Source: an uncultured Clostridia bacterium (GTDB taxonomy: Bacteria; Bacillota; Clostridia; Christensenellales; Borkfalkiaceae). Taken from it: a stretch of DNA of 64,000 nucleotides. The position numbers and the translations under genes were made by a program. The notes below the pieces were generated by a model. The model was given only the letters and a program-made list of their open reading frames with translations, ran no database searches and had not been told where the DNA came from. Positions within the stretch are counted from its first letter, which is position 1; the number at the start of each line of letters is the position of its first letter. The DNA lies in assembly GCA_964504025.1 (NCBI GenBank), contig CAZDCO010000001.1, forward strand, positions 1,397 through 65,396, read 5' to 3'. Of this stretch, positions 1 through 10,094 are shown one piece after another.

Positions 1-1
1 G

Positions 2-1183
2 ATCGAGTGTTCGGACGAACGAGTGATGCAGTTGGTCGAAGCGGCGCGCGCGACGTTTGCGCATAACGCCGTCGATATGCTGACCGATTGCCCCGGACGC
101 GAACGCGCAGGCTGGTTGTCCGACAGTTGGTTCTCGTCGGTTGCCGAATACGTGTTTACGGGGGATAACAAAGCGGAACGCGCCTTTTTAGAAAACTACG
201 TTTACGCCGATCGAGCGAAGTTGCCCGTCGGCATGGTGCCTTGCTGTTACCCGTCCGATTGTTACGTTCCCGATTTCTACATTCCTAACTGGGCAATGTG
301 GTACATTTTGGAATTACAAAAATATTATCGCCACTACGGCTATGACGAGCTGATTGAAAAATCGTTGGATAACGTACGCGGCTTGTTGCAATACTTCGAA
401 CAAAAGGAAAACGAATTCGGCGTTTTGGAAAACTTGACGGGTTGGGTATTCGTCGAATGGAGTGCGGCAAACGACGGTTCGCATATTTGCGGCGTCAACG
501 TTCCGTCCAACGCGTGCTATTACGCTACGTTGAAAGCGGTTGCCGAAGTATACGGCGAGAAGCTGAACGGAAATAAACTCACGGAAAAAGCGGAGACGAT
601 ACGCTCGTTTTTGTTGATGAACGCGTACACGGGTGGCTTCTTCGTGGATAATTTGGTGCGTAGCGCCGAGGGGAAACTCGTTCCCACCGACAATTATACG
701 GAAGTTTGTCAATATTATATGTTCTGGTTCGGCTGCGCCGATAAGGAAACGCACCGTACCCTGTTCGATAAAATGCTGAACGACTACGGTAGGGGCAGCG
801 CGACGGCTTCTTCGCAGATCACGGTCAACGGCAAGCAAGTACCGTTTGAAAAGGCGAACATGATGTACGGCGTCTATATGCGTTTGGATCTTTTCCAACG
901 CGAAGGGCGTAGAGAGGCACTTTTCGACGAGTGTTTGCGCTACTTCTACGATATGACGAAACAAACGGGCACACTGTGGGAGAATAACGAATCGGTAACG
1001 AGTTGCGATCACGCGTTCGCTTCATACGTCATCAAGTGGTTGCTGTACGCGCTGACGGGTTACGACGCACTCGCGCCGCAAAACGGCTTCGCAACGCACG
1101 GTATCGGTATCGATTGCAAACTGACGTTGCCGGGCGAGGGGAAGACGGTCGTGATTGAAAACGACGTCCTTTCCGTACGATAA
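2..1183 (+). CDS. 5'-truncated glycoside hydrolase, alpha-L-rhamnosidase-like six-hairpin domain (C-terminal part)
   Basis: The frame is open from the window edge (nt 2) to TAA at 1181-1183. The motif TDCPGRERAGWLSDS resembles the DCPxRxERxGWxGD signature of bacterial alpha-L-rhamnosidase catalytic domains. Confidence 0.55.
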   Translation: MECSDERVMQLVEAARATFAHNAVDMLTDCPGRERAGWLSDSWFSSVAEYVFTGDNKAERAFLENYVYADRAKLPVGMVPCCYPSDCYVPDFYIPNWAMWYILELQKYYRHYGYDELIEKSLDNVRGLLQYFEQKENEFGVLENLTGWVFVEWSAANDGSHICGVNVPSNACYYATLKAVAEVYGEKLNGNKLTEKAETIRSFLLMNAYTGGFFVDNLVRSAEGKLVPTDNYTEVCQYYMFWFGCADKETHRTLFDKMLNDYGRGSATASSQITVNGKQVPFEKANMMYGVYMRLDLFQREGRREALFDECLRYFYDMTKQTGTLWENNESVTSCDHAFASYVIKWLLYALTGYDALAPQNGFATHGIGIDCKLTLPGEGKTVVIENDVLSVR

Positions 1184-1193
1184 ATGGATAGAA

Positions 1194-1232
1194 AAACGGA
1201 CTGCGCGCTATCAAGCGATTTGCAGTCCGTTT
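1194..1232. terminator. Hairpin terminator between convergent genes
   Basis: AACGGACTGC (about 1195-1204) pairs with GCAGTCCGTT (1222-1231). It is flanked by an A-run on the left and a T-run on the right. Confidence 0.6.
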
Positions 1233-2157
1233 CATTTTGTTGTTTATATATCGGTCAGGGATAACGCGTCGTCGAAACGCCGTAACAGGGTAGTATCGGG
1301 ATATTCGGCAAGCGTCTTTTCCCGTTCCTCCCGTCCGTATCCCGTCAAGACGAGTGCGGCACGCGCGCCTACCCGTTTGGCGCATTGCACGTCCGATAAC
1401 CGATCGCCGATCATCAAACATTCCGTCGGCGAAATGCGCAATCGCTCGCAAACGGAAAGCAACATACCGCTTTTGGGCTTGCGACAGTCGCAATCGTCCT
1501 TCGTGTCGTGCGGACAAATTTCCCAAATATCGGTATTCCAACCGCGAAACTCCGTTTCAAAATCGTAATCGCCGCCCGTACCGCGCGCAATACTCGATTG
1601 ATTGGTAACGATCCCCACGGTATAACCGCGCGATTTCAACTTCGTAAACACGTCGCGCACGTCGGCATAGGGGCGTAACGCGCGCTATCAAGCGATTTGC
1701 AGTCCGTTTCATTTTGTTGTTTATATATCGGTCAGGGATAACGCGTCGTCGAAACGCCGTAACAGGGTAGTATCGGGATATTCGGCAAGCGTCTTTTCCC
1801 GTTCCTCCCGTCCGTATCCCGTCAAGACGAGTGCGGCACGCGCGCCTACCCGTTTGGCGCATTGCACGTCCGATAACCGATCGCCGATCATCAAACATTC
1901 CGTCGGCGAAATGCGCAATCGCTCGCAAACGGAAAGCAACATACCGCTTTTGGGCTTGCGACAGTCGCAATCGTCCTTCGTGTCGTGCGGACAAATTTCC
2001 CAAATATCGGTATTCCAACCGCGAAACTCCGTTTCAAAATCGTAATCGCCGCCCGTACCGCGCGCAATACTCGATTGATTGGTAACGATCCCCACGGTAT
2101 AACCGCGCGATTTCAACTTCGTAAACACGTCGCGCACGTCGGCATAGGGGCGTAACG
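1204..2157. repeat. Perfect direct tandem duplication, 2 x 477 bp (1204-1680 and 1681-2157)
   Basis: The two blocks read identically at an offset of 477 nt. Identical ORF translations also appear at 1354..1608 / 1831..2085 and at 1032..1541 / 1557..2018. Confidence 0.95.
1244..1660 (-). pseudogene. N-terminally truncated duplicate copy of the HAD-IIIA phosphatase gene
   Basis: The 138-aa ORF is identical to the C-terminal 138 aa of the 168-aa ORF at 1721..2227. It lacks the DxDGT nucleophile motif and lies inside copy 1 of the 477-bp duplication. Confidence 0.8.
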
Positions 2158-2227
2158 TTTGCGGATACCGCTTATCCACGAGTTCGCCTAGTGTTCCGTC
2201 GCGATCAAAAAGAATACATTTTATCAT
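1721..2227 (-). CDS. HAD-IIIA family phosphatase (GmhB / histidinol-phosphatase-like)
   Basis: It carries the FDRDGT motif I, VTNQS motif II, the CPHDTKDDCDCRKP Zn-loop typical of GmhB-like enzymes, and GDRLSD motif IV. Confidence 0.8.
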   Translation of the reverse strand: MIKCILFDRDGTLGELVDKRYPQTLRPYADVRDVFTKLKSRGYTVGIVTNQSSIARGTGGDYDFETEFRGWNTDIWEICPHDTKDDCDCRKPKSGMLLSVCERLRISPTECLMIGDRLSDVQCAKRVGARAALVLTGYGREEREKTLAEYPDTTLLRRFDDALSLTDI

Positions 2228-2384
2228 AGTACGATCAGTATATCACGAACGGCGTGAAAAGTCAACCGATCTCACGGTTTGCGCGCGCCGTTCTTTTTTC
2301 TTGCAAAAAATCGCGTCGGACAACATACGCGGCGCGTTCGACGAATAGAATAGAGTATCACGGCGTAAGGAGAAAGAGGGGAGT

Positions 2385-3857
2385 ATGCGGTTGACGAAGT
2401 TGGTAAGCAGTATCGGAGAGATCCGTTGGACGGAACGGGGCGAAGAAGAAATCAACGTAACGGCGTTATTCGCGGACAGTCGGCAAACGCGCGAAGGCGG
2501 TTTGTTCTTTTGCTTGACAGGCGGCGAGCAGGACGGACATTCGTTTGCGAAAGAGGCGGTAGAGCGCGGTGCGGTGGCAATCGTAGCGGAACGGCAGTTG
2601 CCGATCGACGTACCGCAAGTGCTTGTTGTAAACGCGCGTATAGCGTTGGCAAAGACGGCGGCGCGCTTTTACGGCAACCCCGAAGAACGGTTGAAAATCG
2701 TCTCCGTTACGGGCACGAACGGAAAAACGACGACGACGTATATGCTACAATCGATCTTGGAACGCGCCGACAAAAAAACGGGCGTCATCGGTACGCTCGG
2801 CGCGTGCGGCAACGGCGCACTGCTCCCGACGGCGTTGACTACGCCTGATCCGATCGAGTTGTTCCAAACGCTTGCTCGGCTCTTTTTACAAGGCGTCGAA
2901 TACGTCGTCATGGAAGTGTCCGCACACGCGCTATATTATCATAAGGTTTACGGAATCCCGTTTGCGGCGTGTATTTTCACCAACTGTACGCAAGACCATT
3001 TAGATTTTTTCAAGACGATGGACGACTACGCCGCGACGAAGGCAACTCTGTTCCGTGCGGAATGTTGTCCGATCGCCGTCGTCAACGGCGACGACGAAGA
3101 GGGAAGAAAGATCGGTGAAATGCGCGCGGAAACGGGCGCGCCCACCCTCTATTACGGTTTGCATACGCCCACCGACGCCTTCGCGATCCTCACGCACGAA
3201 TCGCTGTCGGAAACGGAGTGCCTGTTCAACGTAAACGATAAGCTGTGTCGGGTGCGTTTGGCAATAGTAGGACGGCATAACGTATATAACGCGTTGGCAG
3301 CGGCGACGTGCGCTACGGCGCTCGGAATCTCGCTTTCCGCCATCGCAAAGGGCTTGTGCGGCTTGTCGGGCGTTCGCGGTCGGTTGGAGCGCGTAACCGA
3401 ATATCACGGCGCGCAAATATTCGTCGATTACGCGCATACGCCCGACGGCTTGGAACAATCGCTGAAAACGATCAAACGGCTGTGTCGCGGACGGGTGATT
3501 TGCTTGTTCGGTTGCGGCGGCAATCGGGATAAGAGTAAACGAGCGATTATGGGCGAGAAAGCGGCGAAGTCGTGCGATTTTTGCGTGCTGACGTCCGATA
3601 ATCCGCGCTACGAAGATCCCATGGATATTCTCGCGGAAACGGAGAGGGGGTATCGCCGTTTTTCCATGCGCTACGTCGTCGTTCCCGAACGCAAGGACGC
3701 TATTCGGTACGCGATCGACATTTTGAAAGAGGACGACGTATTGCTCGTGGCAGGCAAGGGCGGAGAAGAATATCAGGAAATTATGGGTATAAAATATCCC
3801 TTCGACGACAATGCTATCATTGAAAAAATAATACGGGAAAAACGGGAAACGCTCTAA
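2385..3857 (+). CDS. murE: UDP-N-acetylmuramoyl-L-alanyl-D-glutamate--2,6-diaminopimelate ligase
   Basis: Mur ligase P-loop VTGTNGKTTT, the DNPR motif (LTSDNPRYEDP) typical of meso-DAP-adding MurE, an AGGAG RBS, and a position upstream of mraY. Confidence 0.92.
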   Translation: MRLTKLVSSIGEIRWTERGEEEINVTALFADSRQTREGGLFFCLTGGEQDGHSFAKEAVERGAVAIVAERQLPIDVPQVLVVNARIALAKTAARFYGNPEERLKIVSVTGTNGKTTTTYMLQSILERADKKTGVIGTLGACGNGALLPTALTTPDPIELFQTLARLFLQGVEYVVMEVSAHALYYHKVYGIPFAACIFTNCTQDHLDFFKTMDDYAATKATLFRAECCPIAVVNGDDEEGRKIGEMRAETGAPTLYYGLHTPTDAFAILTHESLSETECLFNVNDKLCRVRLAIVGRHNVYNALAAATCATALGISLSAIAKGLCGLSGVRGRLERVTEYHGAQIFVDYAHTPDGLEQSLKTIKRLCRGRVICLFGCGGNRDKSKRAIMGEKAAKSCDFCVLTSDNPRYEDPMDILAETERGYRRFSMRYVVVPERKDAIRYAIDILKEDDVLLVAGKGGEEYQEIMGIKYPFDDNAIIEKIIREKRETL

Positions 3858-3884
3858 CGCACGGCGGTTTTCCTTGCGGAGTTT

Positions 3885-4838
3885 ATGAAAGACTACTTAT
3901 ACGCGCTGCTTTGCGCTTTTGCCACGTCCTTGCTGTTTTGTAAAACGCTCTTGCCGATCCTAAAACGACTGCACGTAGGACAAAATATTCTATCCTACGT
4001 CGAGGAGCATAAGAACAAAAACGGCACGCCGACGATGGGCGGTTTGGCGTTCGTGGCGGCGGCAACGCTGACGACGGCACTCTTCCTGCGCACGCGTACG
4101 CGCGTCGTAACGCTGACGCTCGTCGTGGGTTTGGCGTATGCGTGCGTCGGCTTTTTAGACGATTTTTTGAAGTGTAGGCGAAAGGATAATCTCGGCTTGC
4201 TCGCCTGGCAAAAATTCGGCTTTCAAATCGCGATCGCGCTGTTTATCGGCTATTTTTGCGTCAAGAACGGTTTGACGACTTGGTCGATTCCTTTTTTGTC
4301 GTTTTCCGTAGACATCGGTTGGTGGGCGTTTCCGTTGACGGTATTTGCGTTCGTTGCTACGACGAACGCCGTAAACCTCACCGACGGTTTGGACGGCTTG
4401 GCGTCCGCCGTCAGTATTCCGTACTTTTTCACCATCGGCGTACTCGTTCTCGTAGGGGAGAGGGATACGGGAGTGGGAACGGTATGTTTCGCGCTCGTCG
4501 GCGCGTTGTCGGCGTACTTGCTGTTCAATAGTCATCCTGCGAGCGTGTTCATGGGGGATACGGGTTCGCTATCCCTCGGCGGTTTTGCCGCTTGCGTGTC
4601 GGTGTTTACGGGCAACGCCTTGTATATCCTCGTCGTCGGCGCGTGTTTCGTGGCGTCCGTGATTTCCGTAATCGTGCAAGTTGCGTATTTTAAGTGTACG
4701 GGCGGCAAACGAGTGTGGCTTATGACGCCCCTGCATCATCATTTTCAAAAGAAAGGCTATTCGGAAACGAAGATTGCCTACGCCTATTTCGCCGTTACCG
4801 TACTCCTCGGTACGCTGTGTATCGTAGCCGCGCTCTAA
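3885..4838 (+). CDS. mraY: Phospho-N-acetylmuramoyl-pentapeptide transferase
   Basis: Polytopic membrane protein with NAVNLTDGLDGLA, MGDTGSL and PLHHHF motifs. Confidence 0.95.
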   Translation: MKDYLYALLCAFATSLLFCKTLLPILKRLHVGQNILSYVEEHKNKNGTPTMGGLAFVAAATLTTALFLRTRTRVVTLTLVVGLAYACVGFLDDFLKCRRKDNLGLLAWQKFGFQIAIALFIGYFCVKNGLTTWSIPFLSFSVDIGWWAFPLTVFAFVATTNAVNLTDGLDGLASAVSIPYFFTIGVLVLVGERDTGVGTVCFALVGALSAYLLFNSHPASVFMGDTGSLSLGGFAACVSVFTGNALYILVVGACFVASVISVIVQVAYFKCTGGKRVWLMTPLHHHFQKKGYSETKIAYAYFAVTVLLGTLCIVAAL

Positions 4839-4877
4839 CGGGAAAGGGCACGCAAAATATCGTTAAGGAGAAAAAAT

Positions 4878-6299
4878 ATGTATCCGAAAAGACAATCGTT
4901 TTTGGTGCTCGGTTTATCCCGTTCGGGACGGGCGGCAACGGAGTTTTTGTTGCGTAAAGGCGCGCGCGTGTATATCTACGACGACGTTACGAGCGCGCGT
5001 TTAGAGGAAACGGCACGGGAGTTGTCGGAAAAGGGCGCGGTGCGTGTCGATAAGGAAACGTTGCCCACGGCGATCGAGCGTTGCGACGCGCTGGTACTCA
5101 GTCCGGGAATTCCGATCGATCACGAAGTGTCGGTGGCGTTCAAAAAACGGGGCAAAGCCGTCGTCGGGGAAACGGAGCTTGCGGCTCGCTACGGAAAAAA
5201 CGCCGTCGTTGCCGTTACGGGCACGAACGGAAAAACGACTACGGTATCCCTGCTTGCGCGGTTGCTGAACGCAGGGGGAGTTGCCGCCTACGCTTGCGGC
5301 AATATCGGAACGCCTTTGATTGAATACGTCGATCGCGGAGAAGAGGACGTCGCCGTCGTGGAAATATCCAGCTTTCAGTTAGAAACGCTCAACTCGCTTT
5401 GTCCGCATATCGCCGTCGTACTCAACGTAACCGAAGATCATCTCAATCGGCATTATACCATGGACAATTACGTATTTTTGAAAGCGAAACTCTTGAAAAA
5501 TTGTTCAGGTGCGGAATACGCGGTGCTCAATTACGACGATGAAATCGTGCGCGGTTTTGCGGAGCGTACGAAGGCGCGCGTCGTGTGGTTTTCAACGCGT
5601 GAACGGGTACACGGTGGGTACGTAGAGGACGGTTACCTGACCTATCGCGGCGAAAAGATATTCCCCGTTGCCGACCTGCCTATCCGCGGCGTACATAATC
5701 TTTCCAACGCGTTGGCGGCAGTCGTCGCGGCAAAACTCATGGGCGTGGCGAACGATAAAATCGCCGAAGGCTTGTCCTCTTTCAAGGGGGTAAAGCACCG
5801 CATACAGGAAATCGCGACCGTTCGCGGCGTAACGTACGTGGACGATTCTAAGGGCACGAACGTGGACGCTACGTTGAAAGCGGTTGCGTGCATGCGCGCC
5901 GATACCGTGTTGCTCCTTGGCGGTAAGGATAAGGGGTACGAATATAAACGCCTGTTCTCCGCGCTGAAAGGGAGTAAAGTCGTGCACGCCGTATTGTACG
6001 GGGAAAACAGATACGCTTTGCTTGCGGCGGCACGAGAACGCGGCTTTACAAGCGTAACCGTATGCGAATCGTTCGACTTCGCCGTGCGCGTGGCGATTTT
6101 GCAAGCACGGGAGGGACAAATCGTTTTGCTTAGCCCTGCCAGCGCAAGCTTCGACGAGTTTGCAAGCTATGAAGAGAGAGGTGACGCCTTTGCGAAAATC
6201 GTGGAAAGCCTTACGGAAGAGAACGGAGCGGAAAGAAACGACGACGTGGCAGGAAATGCAAACGACGACGCACCCGATCGCGAAGAGGAAAGAGAATAA
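4878..6299 (+). CDS. murD: UDP-N-acetylmuramoylalanine--D-glutamate ligase, with an acidic C-terminal tail
   Basis: N-terminal Rossmann GLSRSG, P-loop VTGTNGKTTT, and dcw-cluster position after mraY. Confidence 0.9.
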   Translation: MYPKRQSFLVLGLSRSGRAATEFLLRKGARVYIYDDVTSARLEETARELSEKGAVRVDKETLPTAIERCDALVLSPGIPIDHEVSVAFKKRGKAVVGETELAARYGKNAVVAVTGTNGKTTTVSLLARLLNAGGVAAYACGNIGTPLIEYVDRGEEDVAVVEISSFQLETLNSLCPHIAVVLNVTEDHLNRHYTMDNYVFLKAKLLKNCSGAEYAVLNYDDEIVRGFAERTKARVVWFSTRERVHGGYVEDGYLTYRGEKIFPVADLPIRGVHNLSNALAAVVAAKLMGVANDKIAEGLSSFKGVKHRIQEIATVRGVTYVDDSKGTNVDATLKAVACMRADTVLLLGGKDKGYEYKRLFSALKGSKVVHAVLYGENRYALLAAARERGFTSVTVCESFDFAVRVAILQAREGQIVLLSPASASFDEFASYEERGDAFAKIVESLTEENGAERNDDVAGNANDDAPDREEERE

Positions 6300-7395
6300 A
6301 CGCCGCGGCGATCCGCTTATTCTGTGGTTGACCGTCGCGCTGTCGGCGTTCGGCGTCGTGGCGATCTATTCGGCAAGCTCGTACGTGGCGGAAACGCAGT
6401 ACGGCAACGCGTGGTTTTTTACCAATAAACAGCTCGTCGGTTTGGCGATCGGCACGGCGGCTATGCTCGTTTGCGGTAGGTTGCCGTACGAAAAATTAAA
6501 GGGTAAGCGCGTTCGCCACGTCGCGCTGATTTTGCCGATGATCTTGCTCGCGCTCGTGTTCGTACCGGGGCTGGGTAAAAGCAACTACGGCGCGACGCGT
6601 TGGATCGCGATTGGCGGCGTAACCGTGCAACCGTCCGAGTTGGCGAAATACGGCTTCGTAATCTACGCGTCGGCGTATATGAGCGACAATATGCAAAATA
6701 TGCGTACCTTCAAGGGTACGATTCCCGTCTTTCTTGCGGGCGGCGCGATATGCCTGTTGATTATCGTCGAACCGAATATGTCCGTTACGATGTGCGTCGG
6801 TATGTTGATGCTGGCAATGCTGTTTTTGGGCGGTATGCGTTGGCGACACTTGTTGCCCGTGTTGCTTCCCGTCGTGCTTGCCGTACCCGTACTCATCGCC
6901 GTAGAGCCCTATCGACTGTCGCGGCTGAGTGCCTTTTTAAACCCTTGGGAAAATCCGAGGGGTGAGGGGTATCAGTTGATCCAGTCGTTGTACGCGCTCG
7001 GTAACGGCGGTTGGTTCGGTACGGGCTTGTTCCGCTCGCGGCAAAAATACCGCTTCTTGCCCTTTGCGGAAAGCGACTTCATTCTATCGATTATCGGGGA
7101 AGAGTTGGGGTTCGTCGGCGTTGCGGTACTCTTCGCCGCTTGCGCGTTGCTCGTCGCGCGCGGTGTACGCACGGCGGCACGCGCCAAAGATTTCTTTTCC
7201 TTTTTGTTGGCGTCGGGGATCACCCTCGTCTATGGAATACAAACGGTTGTCAACGCACTCGTCGTCAGCGGCAGTATTCCGCCGACGGGTTTACCGTTGC
7301 CGTTGATCAGTTCGGGAAATACGTCCTTGATCGTTACGATGGCGTCTATGGGGGTGCTGTACGCCGTTTCGGTGCGGAACGAGCAAAGCGGATAA
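6256..7395 (+). CDS. ftsW: SEDS-family peptidoglycan polymerase FtsW (start uncertain; the ORF opens at 6160)
   Basis: Multi-TM protein with FGVVAIYSASSY, QPSELAKY and LPLPLISSGNTS motifs. The upstream part of the ORF overlaps the murD tail, so an internal ATG at 6256 is preferred. Confidence 0.85.
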   Translation: MQTTTHPIAKRKENKRRGDPLILWLTVALSAFGVVAIYSASSYVAETQYGNAWFFTNKQLVGLAIGTAAMLVCGRLPYEKLKGKRVRHVALILPMILLALVFVPGLGKSNYGATRWIAIGGVTVQPSELAKYGFVIYASAYMSDNMQNMRTFKGTIPVFLAGGAICLLIIVEPNMSVTMCVGMLMLAMLFLGGMRWRHLLPVLLPVVLAVPVLIAVEPYRLSRLSAFLNPWENPRGEGYQLIQSLYALGNGGWFGTGLFRSRQKYRFLPFAESDFILSIIGEELGFVGVAVLFAACALLVARGVRTAARAKDFFSFLLASGITLVYGIQTVVNALVVSGSIPPTGLPLPLISSGNTSLIVTMASMGVLYAVSVRNEQSG

Positions 7396-7454
7396 AAAGT
7401 GCAGCACAATACGCGCCGCCTTTTTCATATTATAAAGCAAAGGAGCTTTATCGT

Positions 7455-9115
7455 ATGGACACTTATCTTATAAACGGCGGTGAAAGATTATACGGAAAAT
7501 TGCAAATACAAAGCGCAAAAAACGCCGTTTTGCCTTTGCTTGCCGCTTCCGTCTTGACCGACGAGCAGGTAAAAATCAGAGGTGTACCGCCCATCTCCGA
7601 CGTGGAAAATATGCTGCGTATTTTAACGGAAGTGGGTGCGAAAGTGAAACGTAATGGCGAATATACCGTCATTGACAGCTCGAACGCTATTTCTCACGAG
7701 ATCCCTGCGCGACTCACCAAAGAGTTGCGTTCTTCGGTTTTTATGCTCGGTAGCGTCTTGACGCGCTTTCGCCGCGCGCGCATTTCCTATCCGGGCGGTT
7801 GCGACATAGGTTTGCGCCCGATCGACTTGCATTTGTCGGGCTTGAAACGGCTTGGCGTGGATATTATCGAAGAGGGCGGTTTCATCGAATGTCGCGCCGA
7901 TACCTTAAAGGGCGCGGAAATATTGTTGGACTTTCCGAGCGTAGGCGCGACGGAGAATATCATTTTGGCGGCGGTGAAAGCGGAGGTGTACCGCCCATCT
8001 CCGACGTGGAAAATATGCTGCGTATTTTAACGGAAGTGGGTGCGAAAGTGAAACGTAATGGCGAATATACCGTCATTGACAGCTCGAACGCTATTTCTCA
8101 CGAGATCCCTGCGCGACTCACCAAAGAGTTGCGTTCTTCGGTTTTTATGCTCGGTAGCGTCTTGACGCGCTTTCGCCGCGCGCGCATTTCCTATCCGGGC
8201 GGTTGCGACATAGGTTTGCGCCCGATCGACTTGCATTTGTCGGGCTTGAAACGGCTTGGCGTGGATATTATCGAAGAGGGCGGTTTCATCGAATGTCGCG
8301 CCGATACCTTAAAGGGCGCGGAAATATTGTTGGACTTTCCGAGCGTAGGCGCGACGGAGAATATCATTTTGGCGGCGGTGAAAGCGGAGGGTATGACGGT
8401 GATCCGCAACGCGGCGAAAGAACCGGAAATCGTCGATTTGCAAAATTTCCTCAACGCGATGGGCGCGAAAGTGGGCGGCGGCGGTGGCGGCACGGTATTC
8501 GTCGAGGGCGTAAAACGGCTGTACGGCGTCGAGTATACGCCGATCAAAGACCGTATCGAGGCTGGTACGCACTTGATCGCGGCGGCAATGTGCGGCGGCG
8601 AAATCGAAGTCGAGGGCGTGCAAGCGGAAAATATTGCGGCTCTTTTACATAAATTGCGTGAAAACGGTTGCAAAATACATACGAAAAATGATAGAATAGT
8701 ATTGCGTAGCGACGGAAGGCTACGCGCGGTAGATTTGGTGGAAACGATGCCCTTCCCGGGCTTTCCTACCGATTTACAGGCGCAATATTCCACGCTGTGT
8801 TCCGTCGCGCTCGGCACTACGCTCGTGGTGGAGAATTTGTTTGAAACGCGATACAAATTCGCGGCGGAGTTAAAACGCATGGGTGCGGATATCACCGTGC
8901 GCGACCGTACCGCCGTCGTACGCGGCGTAGAACGGTTGCACGGCGCGAAAGTGTTGGCGAGCGATTTGCGCGGCGGCGCGGCACTCGTACTGGCAGGCTT
9001 GGCGGCGGAGGGCGATACGACGGTTTTGGACGTGGCGCATATCGATAGAGGGTACGCCGATTTCGAGTATAAGCTGAAAAAACTCGGCGCGAAAATTCGT
9101 CGAGTACGCGTATAA
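7455..9115 (+). pseudogene. murA: UDP-N-acetylglucosamine 1-carboxyvinyltransferase, interrupted by a 404-bp tandem duplication (frameshift)
   Basis: The N-part (frame of ORF 7011..8030, ATG 7455) stops at 8030. The C-part continues in the frame of ORF 7799..9115. Removing one 404-bp copy restores a single 1257-nt frame with the active-site PGGCDIGLRPIDLH. Confidence 0.9.
7581..8388. repeat. Perfect direct tandem duplication, 2 x 404 bp (7581-7984 and 7985-8388) inside murA
   Basis: The sequence reads identically at an offset of 404 nt. Identical antisense ORFs occur at 7623..7832 and 8027..8236. The peptide GVPPISDVENML...AAVKAE occurs twice. Confidence 0.95.
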
Positions 9116-9154
9116 AAAGAGTAAGAAGAGTAAAAACTACCAAAGAGGGAACGT

Positions 9155-9958
9155 ATGAAAACGAAAAGGATAGCAACCGTCTTGTTGACGCTCGTCGTGT
9201 TTTTATCGGCAGTCGTGTTGGGTATAACCACCGTCTACCGCGTAGACGACGTGCGTGTGGATATCGTCGCGTTGTCGAACGAGGGGCGCACGGAAGCGGA
9301 AAACGTGCAGGCGCGCTTGAAAAAAGCGTACTATAAACAGGGTATATTTTCCACCGATCGAACGAAAGCGGACGAAGTGCTTTCGGAGTTTCCCTATTTG
9401 CGTTTGGTTTCCTTTTCGCGCGCGTATCCAAACCTGCTCGTGGTAGAGCTTGCCGAGGACGAAGAGGTATACGCCGTACCCACGGACGAAACGAACGCCT
9501 CGTTCTATATCTTGAACGACGAGGGCATCGTGCTCGGTACGCGGAACGATTACGTCAATCGCGTGGATAGCGACGTGCAGGCGAAAAACGTCTTGTTGAC
9601 GGCGGAGCGTATCGGCAGACCGCTGACGGGGGAAGATTGCAAGTCGGTGTTCTTTCCGTTTTGTCAAAGCTTGAACGAAATGTTAGACGATAAGATCCGC
9701 GCGAACGTTACCGCGATACGGTTCGTCGCGCCGACTTCGCAACCCGAGCAGGCGTATTATTGCATACAAACGACGGAGGGAGTGCGGCTGTATTTGTTCG
9801 GGGCGACGGAAAACGCGGTGGAAAAGGCGCGTAAGGCGTTAGAAAAATACGCTTCGTTGTCCGATACGCAAAAGATGACGGGACGCGTCGCCGTTCGCGA
9901 GGACGCGCAAGGTTTGTACGCGGACTATTCGGAACACGACGATTTTTCAAGAGAATAA
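9155..9958 (+). CDS. ftsQ: Cell division protein FtsQ/DivIB-like (single TM plus POTRA-like domain)
   Basis: N-terminal TM segment IATVLLTLVVFLSAVVLGI, a POTRA-like segment YRVDDVRVDIV...NLLVVELAEDE, and a position between the mur genes and ftsA. Confidence 0.65.
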   Translation: MKTKRIATVLLTLVVFLSAVVLGITTVYRVDDVRVDIVALSNEGRTEAENVQARLKKAYYKQGIFSTDRTKADEVLSEFPYLRLVSFSRAYPNLLVVELAEDEEVYAVPTDETNASFYILNDEGIVLGTRNDYVNRVDSDVQAKNVLLTAERIGRPLTGEDCKSVFFPFCQSLNEMLDDKIRANVTAIRFVAPTSQPEQAYYCIQTTEGVRLYLFGATENAVEKARKALEKYASLSDTQKMTGRVAVREDAQGLYADYSEHDDFSRE

Positions 9959-9971
9959 CGATAAATACCGT

Positions 9972-10001
9972 AAAAACGCGTGGAGAACACGCGTTTTTTT
10001 C
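9972..10001 (+). terminator. Rho-independent terminator
   Basis: AAAAACGCGTG-GAGAA-CACGCGTTTTTTT is a perfect stem followed by a T-run. Confidence 0.8.
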
Positions 10002-10011
10002 TTTTGAGTTA

Positions 10012-10040
10012 TTGACATTTGCTCGCGTTTGGTGTATAAT
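10012..10040 (+). promoter_or_regulatory. Sigma-A-type promoter for ftsA-ftsZ
   Basis: TTGACA (10012-10017), a 17-nt spacer, then TATAAT (10035-10040) preceded by TG. Confidence 0.7.
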
Positions 10041-10094
10041 AATAAAAAGGTTTGTAGCTATACGCCAAATCTTGTTACGGAGAGAGGAAAACGA

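Noticed and set aside
7011-7454. N-terminal extension of the murA ORF (ORF-track start 7011), and ORF 7799 as an independent gene start.
   Set aside because: The 7011-7454 part overlaps the ftsW coding frame and is R-rich nonsense. The true start is ATG 7455, with MDTYLINGG. The first roughly 60 codons of ORF 7799 are out-of-frame reading of duplication copy 1.
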